Below, piece after piece: positions 31,986-42,426 of a stretch of DNA of 64,000 bases. The first letter of the stretch is position 1. Each line of letters opens with the position of its first letter. This stretch comes from Carpediemonas membranifera BICM (taxonomy: Eukaryota; Protista; Fornicata), in assembly GCA_019828565.1 (NCBI GenBank), contig JAHDYR010000007.1, positions 320,373 through 384,372 of the forward strand, read 5' to 3'. Both the position numbers and the translations under genes were made by a program. A model generated the notes under the pieces. It saw nothing but the letters and a program-made list of their open reading frames with translations, had not been told where the DNA came from and did no database searches.

Positions 31986-34900
31986 TTACTGCCTGGAGTG
32001 CGCAGCACGGTGTAGTTCTCTCTGCTCAAGAAAGTCCTCAAACTTGTCACAGCCATCGACATTCTCGAATGGCTCCCACGAAGCTTCGTCCGGCTCATAG
32101 CCCAGCCACTCAACCAAGTATTCGCGATTCTCGACCGGACCGGAGTCGGGCCGGGACTTCACAATCTTGCTCGGTATATACTCGGCCGCAACAGTGTTAG
32201 CCAAGCGAGTAACTTGCTCCACGGACATGTCGCCGTGATCGAACGGGAGGACCCGGGAAGCGTCGACCCTGAACTGCTTCAGAGATTCAAGGTCACGCAC
32301 AGTATAGGCAACAACCTTGTTGTACTCCTGGTGCACCGACACTAGTGCCATTGGGCCACGCAGGCCGGCGGCGAATTTGTCGGGTGGTCTGTCGGGGTAA
32401 GCCACCAGGACGTACGGAGTCGAAACCGTGGCACGGGCGTCCGGCCTGTACTGCTGTAGGAGCCGCTTGCTCTTAATGCGCTCGGCAGCCATGAGCCGGT
32501 ACGCCTTGGCCTCGGACAGCCAGTCCTCTTGCTGGTCAACGATATACGTCTCACCCGGCGCGATAACGGTAATGTCCTTTGGCACTCGCATCTCGGTGCC
32601 ATACAGGATCTCGGCTGGGGAGAGTCGAGTAGGGACTCGAGGGGTCGAGTTAACAAGGTATTGGGCAATCGGTAAGCTGTGGACCCAATCATTGGATCTA
32701 AACTGGTAACGACGTGCTGTCAGGATGGACTTAACCGACACATTCGCTCGCTCTACTAACCCATTCGACTGGGGATGATGAGCCGTCGTCTTTCTCGTTG
32801 TAAAACCCGAGTCGGGCACTCAGGTCGTTAAAGACTGCGTTGACGAACTGGGATCCTCCATCCGTCTGCAGTACCTTCGGTACGCCGTATCGGAGGACCC
32901 AGTTATTGACAAACGCCCTGGACGTCTCGACCGCTCGGGTAGTCTGGAGCGGGACAAGCTCAGTCCAACGTGAGCACATGTCTATTACAACGAGGATATA
33001 CTTATAGGTCGTGCCGTCGACCGTGCACGAGGTAGCGGACATAGTGTCCATGGCCACTCGGTCGAAGGGGTGCTCGACCGCGGTGTGCAAACCCGCATCG
33101 GAAGAGGCCGGGGGCTTACGCCTTAACTGGCATATTGGGCACTTGGCGATATAGTCGTCCACGTCCTTCTGGCGGACACGTACGCCCCAGTCTCGAAGAA
33201 GGTTCTTGGTCGCCCAGGCGGACAAGTGAGCCCCGGCGAAGTGATGCGCCTTCTGCAGCCTGTCCGCGACTTGGGTATCGAGGGTGTTAGCGAACACGCG
33301 AGAAAGGCCATCTGCTGCCCCGTTGTCAACACCCGGAACGTGACGTATGGTGAAATCGAGGTCAGCTAGTTGGTCGTACCATCTACGGACCTTGGGGTTG
33401 ATGGACTTGGCCATGAACAGCAGGTTGCGGTGATCAGTACGGATGGTAAAGTGCGTCCACGAGAGGAATTTCCGCCAACGCTGGACGGCCAGGATGATTG
33501 CGTAGGCTTCCTGCTCTGTGGTACTCCACCTAGTCTGGACCGCGGAGAATGCGTGGGACATGAAAGCGATCGGCTGCCCGTCCTGTAGTAATACGGCGCC
33601 GCATCCCACGTCTGAGGCATCGGTCATGAGGACATGTGTCGCGTCCGTCTTGAAGTGAACGAGGGAGACCCGCTTAAGGAGCTCGGCGATAACGTCGCCC
33701 AGGGCCGCTTGCTGACCCGGCCCACCGGGTTCGGCCTTGCCAGCCGACACCTGCAACAGAGGATGAGCTCGGGACGCGAAGTTGGGCACGAAGTCACGGA
33801 AATAATTGAGGAAACCGACGAGTGCCTGTGCGGACCGCTTGCTGGTCGGTAGTTTCAGCTTCTTAATGTCGTCGATGCGGTCTTCGGCAATCCTCACGGT
33901 GTCTCCGGACACGAGTCGACCCAGGAACTCGACCTCAGCCGCGGCGAAGACGCACTTATCGCGACCTAGGTGTAGGTCATACTCTTGGCAACGTTTCAGG
34001 ACGTCCCATAGGTTCCTTATGTAGGAAGGCTCGTCCCGACCCATGACAATAATGTCATCGATGTAAATAAGGCACTTCCCTGCCGAGATCAGGTCGGAGA
34101 AAGCCTGCTCCATGGCCCACTGGAAATGAGAACCAGCGTTACGCAGACCAAAGGGCATAGTCGTGTACTCAAACCGTCCAAGGGGAGTCCCGAAGGCGGT
34201 CAGAGGACGAGAACGGTCCGTCAGTGCCACCTGATGGTAGCCGGCCTTGCAGTCGAGCGTAGCAAAGATGGTATTACCCCTGAGCTTAGCTAGACAATCC
34301 TCTATGATCGGGATAGGGTAGTTGAACGGGGGAGTCTTCGCGTTGACCAAACGGAAGTCGATAACGAACCGGGTACGGTCCTTCCCCTTTGGGACCAAGA
34401 ATGCCGGTGAGGAGTAAGCCGATGCTGATGGCTGGATGAAGCCATGTCGGGACAGGTCGTCAAGGTGTTCCTGGAGAAGTGTCTTCTTCTCCGGCGGCAT
34501 GAAGAACTCGCGGCTAAAGACGGGTTCATCATCAGACAAGACTAGATCGTAAGGGATGAGCTTACTCGGACGCCCTACTCTGTCCTCGAACAGGCCGACA
34601 AACCGCGCGAGCAGTCTGTCCTGAAGGGAAGACGACTTGTCAGACAAGGTGAATAGGCTCAACTTCTGGGGAGTAATGACCGTTGAGACGTCTTCAGCCT
34701 GCTCGGCGTCATTGGCGTCAGACTCCTCGCAGTCGTCAATCTGAGGAAGGATCCCCAGGGTGACCATATCAGGGTACCCAATGATTAGATCGTACTCTGA
34801 GGGTAGGAGGTACGCACGAGTAGTAAAGGTGCACCCACGGGGGACCAGAGCTGATTTGGCAAAGGTTACTTCGGTGGAAATAGTCTGGTCGACTGTGATG

Positions 34901-36027
34901 ACTCCAGCCGGTGTCGTCACCTCGACCGGGTCACAATGCAGGATCTTTTCGCCGGACCTCTCGGCCACTTGCGGCGATATGAAGGTTGCTGACGCGCCAC
35001 AGTCGAACAACATCGACTCTGCGCTGGTCCTGTATATGGATCCTGACACAATCGGAAGAGCCTGCGCTCTGCGTTTGCTAGACGCCGCGAAACAAGACAA
35101 ATAAGAATAGTTCTGGACCTTTATACGGTCACAGAACTCTCTCTTGTGGCCCTCGCGCCCGCACTTCTCACACTTGGACTTGGGCTTCCGGCACTCGGGG
35201 CTGAAATGGCCCTTGCCCCCGCAGTTGTAACAGGTTGGGGTCGTGCTGGTAGGGCGAGCCCGATCGCGGGACCGCTTGTCCGGGCGGTGATGGTCATGCG
35301 GGCGGTCACGACGGTCGTAGGGGCGGTCTCGGCGGTCATCTCGGCGGTCACGACGGTCGCGCTGGTTACGGCTCTGGCCGCGTTGCGGATGGGCGCCTGG
35401 CACGGGCGCTGTCGGACGGCGCGACTGATCGGAGCGGATCGCCTCGGTGAACGGAGCAAGGTACTCAGCCGACTCGGCTACGTCGCGTGCCGTCTTCATG
35501 GTGTATTGCTGGGTCTCCGCCAGTGAGCAACCCTCAGTCTGCTCCTTCAGTCTGTAGTAGAGGGATTGGCCCTTCACAGCAAAGGCCCGCAAGTAGGCTT
35601 CACGAATGGTGTCATCCTCGTCCATGTTAAGGCACTCCAACAAGGTGTTGAACTGCGAGTTGAGCTTCGACACCTCGAGCGGCGTGAACGCCGCGATGCG
35701 CAGCCTGATAAGGTTCAGGCATTGTTCCTTTCTGGTGGGGCGCAAGGCAGCGGCGAGTCGCTGCATGATGATCTTCTCTCTGAGCTTGCGTGATGAAGTG
35801 GAAGGTTCGTCGTCATGTTGGTCACCCTGAGGAAGCGGAACCTCCTCTAGGGTCTCTAAGCCTAGCACTTGTGATGCATAGGACTGGATCTCCGGGCTTA
35901 TAAGCTTGCGGAGCTTCGCCTTACCTCCTCTAGCCTTAAAGTCACGCAGTGACGTCGTAAAAGCTACGAAAGCGCTGAATGTTGCCTCTTTCAGGAGCGG
36001 CGCTTGTTTTTTCTGTTCTCTACCCAT
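31986..36027 (-). CDS. Element H Gag-Pol (two CCHC knuckles, PR, RT, RNaseH, IN, chromodomain; one indel near 32810)
   Basis: CYNCGGKGHFSPEC and CEKCGREGHKREFC; LFDCGAS; RFVIDFRLVN; YIDD; TDASD; TDGGSQF; EYLVEWLGYEPDEASWEP. Confidence 0.93.
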
Positions 36028-36043
36028 AGGTAAGTACTAGTAC

Positions 36044-36127
36044 TGTGGTTTGGAAGAGAAAGAGTTTACGAGTAAAAAGAGGTTTGGACCCTCCCAGGGA
36101 TATTGGTAGATATTAATACTGACTACA
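36044..36127 (-). repeat. 5' LTR of H (84 bp)
   Basis: Identical to 30093-30176; followed on the element strand by AGTACTAGTACT and the ATG at 36027. Confidence 0.95.
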
Positions 36128-39100
36128 CGGCCACCGAGAGCAGCCGAAGGCGTAGAGTTGATGTTCAGCTCCGTCTGTTGCATGACGCTGCGCCATGTAT
36201 GACGATTGTTGCCGTCGATCAGTGTAGAGATGCCAACGCGTAGATGCCGGTTGATCTCACGGTTCTGGCGCTCAACAAGTCCGTTTGCTTCGTGTCGAAG
36301 AGGAGTAGTGTTATGGTGTACGATACCATACTGTGAGCAGAACTTAGAGAACTCGTGGTTGCAGAACTCCGATCCTGAATCGGTTTGAATAATGTCTGGG
36401 CATGCAAGTCTGGAGATGATGACGTCTTTGACCTGGTCAATAATTTCTCGCGGCTCCTTAGTGCGCAGGGGTATGATTCGCGTGAGGCGAGTGCCAACAT
36501 CGATGCATGTGAGGATGTATTTGAAGCCTTGGTCGGCCGGGTCGATAGGGCCTATGAGGTCCATGTGGACGACACAGAGCGGCGGTGCTGTCTGGATCAT
36601 GCCTGGCGTGAACTGCACGTTCGTTCTGTTGGTCTGCTTAGCGCAGGTGACGCAATTCGTGACGTAACGTGAGACGTCCTCCCTGGCCCCGGGCCAAGAA
36701 AGTTCAGCGACATCTAGAAGGCGGAGCGTCGTCTCGACACCCGCGTGGTGTCTGTTATGGACGAAGAGGAAGCGCTCTTTCTTGAGCTGCTCGGGAAGGG
36801 ACTCCATTAGTAGGGTCGGCACGCGCGAAAGGCCATCGGCCGCTGTGTTAGCGCACCCGTCGACATGTACGAGCTCCGTGATGCTGTACTGGGCAACCTC
36901 CAGTGCCCAGCGGGCGACCTTTGGGGTCTCGGACCGGGCCATGAATGTGAGGTTGCGACTGTCGGTATGTAGTATGATGTTCGAGCCCGCAAGGATTGAG
37001 CGAAAGCGCGACAGCGTGGACACGATGGCGAACATCTCCTGCTCGACGGTGGTCCATCGGGCCTCCGTATCAGAGAGCTTCTTGCTGTAAAAAGGCGATC
37101 GGCCCCTTATCCTGGATAATTGAGGCGCCGATGCCCACGTTAGATGCGTCGGTATACACGTGGACGGGCTTGTCGGGCTGAAAGTGAGCGAGCTCAACTG
37201 CGTTGGCCGCTGCGGCCTTGAGGATCGACAATGAATTAGAGGCGTCATCGCTGGAGACGTGCTTCTTAGACGCGAGGTCCTGTAGGGGACGCGCCTTCTC
37301 AACGAAGTTGGGAATGAACTGGCGAATAAAGGAAAAGACACCCACGACATGCTTCGCGTCCTTGGAGGACTGCGGCACGGGAAGGTCGGTGATGCCTTGT
37401 AGGCGCTTCGGGTCGATGCGGACCCCACTCCCTGAGACAATAAAGCCTAGGTATTCCACTTCCGAGGCCCCGATGATAGACTTGGTGGGTGACAGCCTAA
37501 TGTTGGCTTCCGCGAGGGCGGCAAACAGCGACTCGACCTGGCCGAGCAACTCTTCTTCAGACGAAGCGTAGAGTAGAATGTCGTCCACGAAGACCAAGCA
37601 GTGTGGAATGGGCTTCAGAAGGGTCTCCATGCGGGCCTGAAAGACCATGGGGCCATTGGTAACCCCAAACGGCAGCCGTGTGAACTGGAGGGTCTGACCT
37701 TGGTGGCTAAATGCCGTATACTTTCGGGAGGAGTCAGCCAAGGAGAGCTGAAAGAACCCAGATGTCAGGTCGAACTTCGCAAAGTGGGTCGCCCCTCGGA
37801 CTTGCTCGAACAGTTCATCAGGACTGGGCATGCGATGCCATTCAGCCGTTGTCGCCTCATTGAGCTCTCTGAAGTCGATGCAGAGTCTGTAAGGCGGGTC
37901 CGCACTGGGTTTCGGGACCATGAGGATAGGGCTCAGCCATCCTTCGTCCGTTGTGACTGTCGCGAGGATCCCAGCAGTAATCATCTGCGTGATGTAGAAC
38001 GCTGCTGCAGCAGTGTGGGCAGCACTGCGAAGGCGTCGAACGGTCCTCACAGGGACGGCACTCTCGCGGATATGGATCTCGTACGGCGGAAGCTTGGCCG
38101 GCTCCTTGCCCAGCGGGCCAAAGATAAAGGCGAACGTCCCCAGCAAGAGCAGGAACTTGGCTCGTATGTCGCCAACCACTCTGTCATGGACTTGTGGAAG
38201 GACCGCCGTCTCGTCGGGTGTAAAGAGATTAAGCATCTCTGAGGTGTTGGAGACGTCATGGAGGTGAGGAGGCTCCTCGGCGGTTACGGCGTTCGGCCCG
38301 AAATCCATTCCGGTGCGGCGGAGGAGGCTCTTCCCCAGAAGGCATGCGACGGGGAAGGTGTCGACAATGTGGGCTGTGATGGAGATGGTCGTGGGGATCG
38401 GGAAGTAGTTCGGATCTATGAGGCGGAGCCTAAACGGCTCGGAGGGCTGCGCCTCGAGGGCTGTTGGTCCCTCGATGGCGTTGAGGACTACTGGGGAAGC
38501 CTTAGATTGCTTGATGCCCAGATACTGCGCGGCGTCCTTACGGATGATGAAGGGGAGTTGCTTGCCGCCGGTGTCCATGTCCGCGACAATAGGCTTGCCT
38601 TCAACCTCGACGAGAGTGAGATAGTCGTCGCAGTCGGGGGGGATCTCCGTGGCTATGGGTGCCTGCGGGGACTGCATGAGTAGAGTCGTGCCCTGGGCGA
38701 GCTCCTTAAGCTTACGTTCGTCGCGAATGCGCAGGGCCTCCTTGTGCTTGGTCTTATGCTTCTCGCTTGCTCTGAGGAGGTGGATAAGTACTTGCTTGTC
38801 TGTTATCTTAGACGGGTCGGACGTGAGCTGCTTTAGGACCTCGCAGTCAGCGTTCGAGTGGCCACGCGTGAAGTGCCAGTCGCATGCTTTGTGCTTTGTC
38901 TCACGAGAGGCGTGAGGCTTCTCCTGCCTCTGAGGCTGGTGGTGCGGAGTGGCGTCTTTGCTCTTAGAGGCGCCTGGCGTCTCTTCATGGTCGATGGTTG
39001 TGGCAGTAGTGACGTAGAATCGGTCATACTTACGGATCGACGTGTCAGCCTCGACCGCGTTAGGGAAGTTCAGCCCATTCATGAGGGTCTGCTTCAGGTC

Positions 39101-39811
39101 TCGCTGCACGTTCGAGTCGGCCCTATCTTCGTCCACAAGTGCCAGCCCGGCGATTCTGTCGTACTGCGCGACGTAGGCCAGCGCAGAGGCGATGGTGCTC
39201 GATGTCCCAACCACCACCTTGGGTAGAGCGCGGAGGTGGGATAGGCTCTCTTGCGTATGGGTGTGTAACACCAGCCTCATGTATGCTAGGGTGTTGTTCG
39301 CCTGTAGGGTGAGGGCTTCGATCCGCTTAGTGGTGTCGAGGAGCTTGGCGGGTCCTTCAGTCTTGACCGCTGCGGCCAGAGTAGAGGATTGAGCGAGGAG
39401 AGCGATCTTGTTCTTTCGGTGTTCAGCCACGTCTGCATTCGTATAACCAGCGGCTAGCATCTCGGCGATGAGGTCGTCTAATATCCGAACCTCGCGCTCA
39501 GTGGCGGCGAGCTTGTGCTCACTCTCGGATTGTGACACGGCCTGGCGGTGTCTAACTAGGTAAGGTTGCGTCTCGCTCGCAAGGTAGTCGAGGAATTGGT
39601 CGCTCGACACGAACTTGTGCTTAGTGCCATCAATGGCTTCATAAGTGTAGCTCGCAGTGATCAGAGTTTGGAGCATGCTGCGAACCTCTTCTCTGCTTAG
39701 GTAGGATACCAGTAAGTCGGGTTTCTCCCTTGATCGTAGAGTACCCTTGTAGTCGTCGATAAAATTCGACCACGAGACGATACTTCGTCCCGGCGATGTA
39801 ATTTGACTCAT
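36128..39811 (-). CDS. Element G Gag-PR-RT-RNaseH-integrase (start MSQITSP at 39811; indel near 37090)
   Basis: CDWHFTRGHSNADC knuckle, ADMDTGG, RLCIDFRELN, LPFGVTNGP, FVDD, YTDASN, HTDSRNL, MDLIGP, TDSGSEF. Confidence 0.9.
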
Positions 39812-39831
39812 ATATGGACTGTAGAAGCTTC

Positions 39832-39874
39832 TGTAGTCTCGGTGAGAGAAATCAATCAAGTGCAGTTTACCACA
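39832..39874 (-). repeat. 5' LTR of G (43 bp)
   Basis: Identical to 29390-29432; followed on the element strand by palindrome AGAAGCTTCT. Confidence 0.95.
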
Positions 39875-40672
39875 AAATGTAATGCTGGCTAAACTGCGTT
39901 TTGAGATAACCACCACCGCGGGCACGTGTGACGAGCTAGCCCGTGTGGGGAGGATCCCGCAGCAGCAATGGTGAAGCTGTCGGACGCCACCCAAATTGGA
40001 TCCAAATATGAGACGCTCGCTGGAAATCTCATGAATCTGCAGCCAGTGGCAACTAGAGGCTTTATGGTTCGTTAGAACTCGCCGGAGACGTGCTTGGTGA
40101 CACTGGCGCTGAACTTGTACTGTTGTTTCTTGCCATCAGCGGTTACAAACTTGGAAAGAGGAGGCCCGCTCTCAATAGGGCGCGGAGACTGATCTGCGAT
40201 GTTGTACTGAGCTGCGTTTCCCATCAGAAGTGATTGGAGAAGTGGTGCTCTTTTAAGTGTGAGGTGCAGCTTAGCCACGCACTCAACGTGCTTCCCACAG
40301 CGACGGTCTCACCCCATCGTACTGACGTCCAAGTGGACGTCAGTGTTGCCAGTCGAAGGCCGAGTTCTCATGCTCCGGCCAAATTCTCTTCAACTCGAGG
40401 GACACGCCATCTTGCGACCAGGTCACAGCTCGAGACCGTTGCCCAGCCTGCCCCTGAAGGCGCTGCTCTCATAGCCTCAGAGACACCCCGCGGCTGGCCA
40501 GTGCAGTGTGGGTGCTCTGATTTGTTATTCATGGGCGGACATAACTCATGTAATGTCACAGGAGCTGGGGCCAAGTGACATGTGTGAAAGCAGATGAGAG
40601 TCCTACACAAACACAGCATACGCGTTACGAACGTTAAGAGAAACGCGGAAGGGCGCAACGAGGTGTATTTGT

Positions 40673-42382
40673 TTGTCCAACCACTCTCAGTTACTCAGTG
40701 AAAACAATGATTCCAAGCGAAAGCTCAAGAAGATCCTCGCTGGAGACATTCCAGTGGTCTCCTTCTATGGCGCCCGCGGCACCGGATCCTCCCTCCTGGC
40801 GAATAATCTCTTCGGATCCAGGTTCAATGTGAACTGTGATCGCAATCATCCCACCAAGGGCATGCAGACGCAGATGTCCTGTTTGAAGAAGCAGAAAGGC
40901 AGAGGCTTCCGGCTCTTGGACTTCCAGGGCTCCAACTCCGGCGTCGGGGACGTCCTCAACGCCGACCTTCAACACGGCCTGCTGGCCTTCCTCCTCTCCT
41001 CTGTCGTCGTGCTCTCCATGTATACCCACAACGTTGCCACTAACTACGGCGACCCGCTTCTCCGCCAGCTCTTCGCCAACCTCCGCACCATCACTCGCGA
41101 GTCCCTCCACGAGAACCGGGTTGCCGGTGGCCACCTTGGCAAAACCCGACTGCTCGTCGTGCTCCACGACTCCCTCGACGGGGAAGACGCGAAGGCGGAG
41201 GTTGCCGTCGAAGTCAGAGCGCGCATTGACAGACTTTGGGCCGAGATCAACGACACCAACGGCAACTCCACGCTGGCCGACTTCTTCATCGTCGACGTTG
41301 CGTTCCTACCGAGGTATAACAACGGCGCCGGTGCAGACAACTCGGCGTATAACAGAAGTATCCGCGAGGACCTACTGCCTCTGTTCATGGCGAGTCCGCA
41401 TGAGCTGGGCCCTCTGTTCGACCACTGCCGCACCGCCGAGGGCTACAGCTTCCAGCACGAGAGCCTGGCTGAATTCGACCCAGACGACCTGCTCGCCGAG
41501 ATCAACAAGCTTGACAGTCGGGTGGTCAGCTACGTCGTGCAGAAGCCGGTCGTCGAGTCCGTGAGAAATGTGTGCATTCGGCAGTTCAGGAGCGATCTTT
41601 GCCTCAGCCACACGTCGCTGGAGCACGATGCAAAGGACGCCAGAGACAGCACCGTCAGACGCTTCAATGACCTGACCCAGTCCTACCTCCCCAAGCTCCG
41701 CGACGAGGAGCGTCAGACGCTCATGAGCGAGATGCTCAGCATTGCCCTGGCGCTCAACAACACGCTGGCCAACGTTCAGCAGGCGATGCTATACGACCTG
41801 CAGACCTTGAACTATCGCTGGTGGGACCAGGAGACGTTTGTTCGCCTGGCCGGCGAATGTCACGAGTTCTACTCCACGCAGTATAGGCCGCCCCAGGGCG
41901 TGGACCGCGAGGCGGTGGCCGCCCACCTCTGGCTGACCCCGCAGCAGAGGAAGGATCTGAGCGTGAGCGTCGCCCACAGCATGTTCTACCAGAAGTTCCG
42001 GCGGGACTGCTGGGGCAAGAGGACCCGGGCGACTGCCGTCTTCACCGCGATCCATATCTACCCGCCCCTCATCACGGAGACCATCAACGACCTCGTAAAG
42101 CAGCTTGACGAGATCAAGGGCAAGGTCGACTGGGCCCTCGGTGACACTCTTTACAACCCGAGAAAGGACCCTGACATCACCGACCTCGTCTCAGACGCCT
42201 GGGAGCTCCAGCGGAGGATGTGGGAGAAGGTCCGCGGCCCGTTGCTCTCGGCCATTGCCCGGAAGATCGCCGATAACGTCCCAGAGCGGTGGAGGACGTT
42301 ACTCGTGGAAGGGCTGGCGGTGCTTCTGGAGCGGACGATGGAGGACCCCGTTCCCGGGCCAGAGGTGGTAAATGCTGAATGA
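40673..42382 (+). CDS. Sey1/RHD3 (atlastin/GBP superfamily)-like GTPase-domain protein with degenerate P-loop; start uncertain
   Basis: VVSFYGARGTGSSLLANNLFG (G1-like), PTKG (G2), LLDFQG (G3), LLVVLHD (G4-like), helical C-terminus. Confidence 0.7.
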   Translation: MSNHSQLLSENNDSKRKLKKILAGDIPVVSFYGARGTGSSLLANNLFGSRFNVNCDRNHPTKGMQTQMSCLKKQKGRGFRLLDFQGSNSGVGDVLNADLQHGLLAFLLSSVVVLSMYTHNVATNYGDPLLRQLFANLRTITRESLHENRVAGGHLGKTRLLVVLHDSLDGEDAKAEVAVEVRARIDRLWAEINDTNGNSTLADFFIVDVAFLPRYNNGAGADNSAYNRSIREDLLPLFMASPHELGPLFDHCRTAEGYSFQHESLAEFDPDDLLAEINKLDSRVVSYVVQKPVVESVRNVCIRQFRSDLCLSHTSLEHDAKDARDSTVRRFNDLTQSYLPKLRDEERQTLMSEMLSIALALNNTLANVQQAMLYDLQTLNYRWWDQETFVRLAGECHEFYSTQYRPPQGVDREAVAAHLWLTPQQRKDLSVSVAHSMFYQKFRRDCWGKRTRATAVFTAIHIYPPLITETINDLVKQLDEIKGKVDWALGDTLYNPRKDPDITDLVSDAWELQRRMWEKVRGPLLSAIARKIADNVPERWRTLLVEGLAVLLERTMEDPVPGPEVVNAE

Positions 42383-42426
42383 GGCCGCATTGTCGAGCAG
42401 AATTCGTGACACAGTCGGCAGTCACG

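Larger units (their letters stand above)
30093..36127 (-). mobile_element. Complete Ty3/Gypsy chromovirus 'H', 6.0 kb, with an extra antisense ORF
   Basis: Identical 84-bp LTRs (30093-30176 and 36044-36127); TSD CGGC (30089-30092 and 36128-36131); PPT GGGGGGGAAG on the minus strand (30177-30186). Confidence 0.95.
29390..39874 (-). mobile_element. Ty3/Gypsy chromovirus 'G' with 43-bp LTRs; hosts element H in its integrase
   Basis: Identical LTRs (29390-29432 and 39832-39874); 5-bp TSD AAATG (29385-29389 and 39875-39879); PPT AGGGGGCGA on the minus strand (29433-29441). Confidence 0.95.

Noticed and set aside
770-37100. Frameshifts in the pol genes as programmed ribosomal frameshifts
   Set aside because: Positions are not conserved between elements (RT, RNase H, IN), often sit in short homopolymers or dinucleotide runs, and occur in elements with identical LTRs. 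Uncorrected sequencing indels or decay are more likely.
40072-40658. Short ORFs between element G and the first Sey1-like gene
   Set aside because: No recognisable motifs or clear coding signal.
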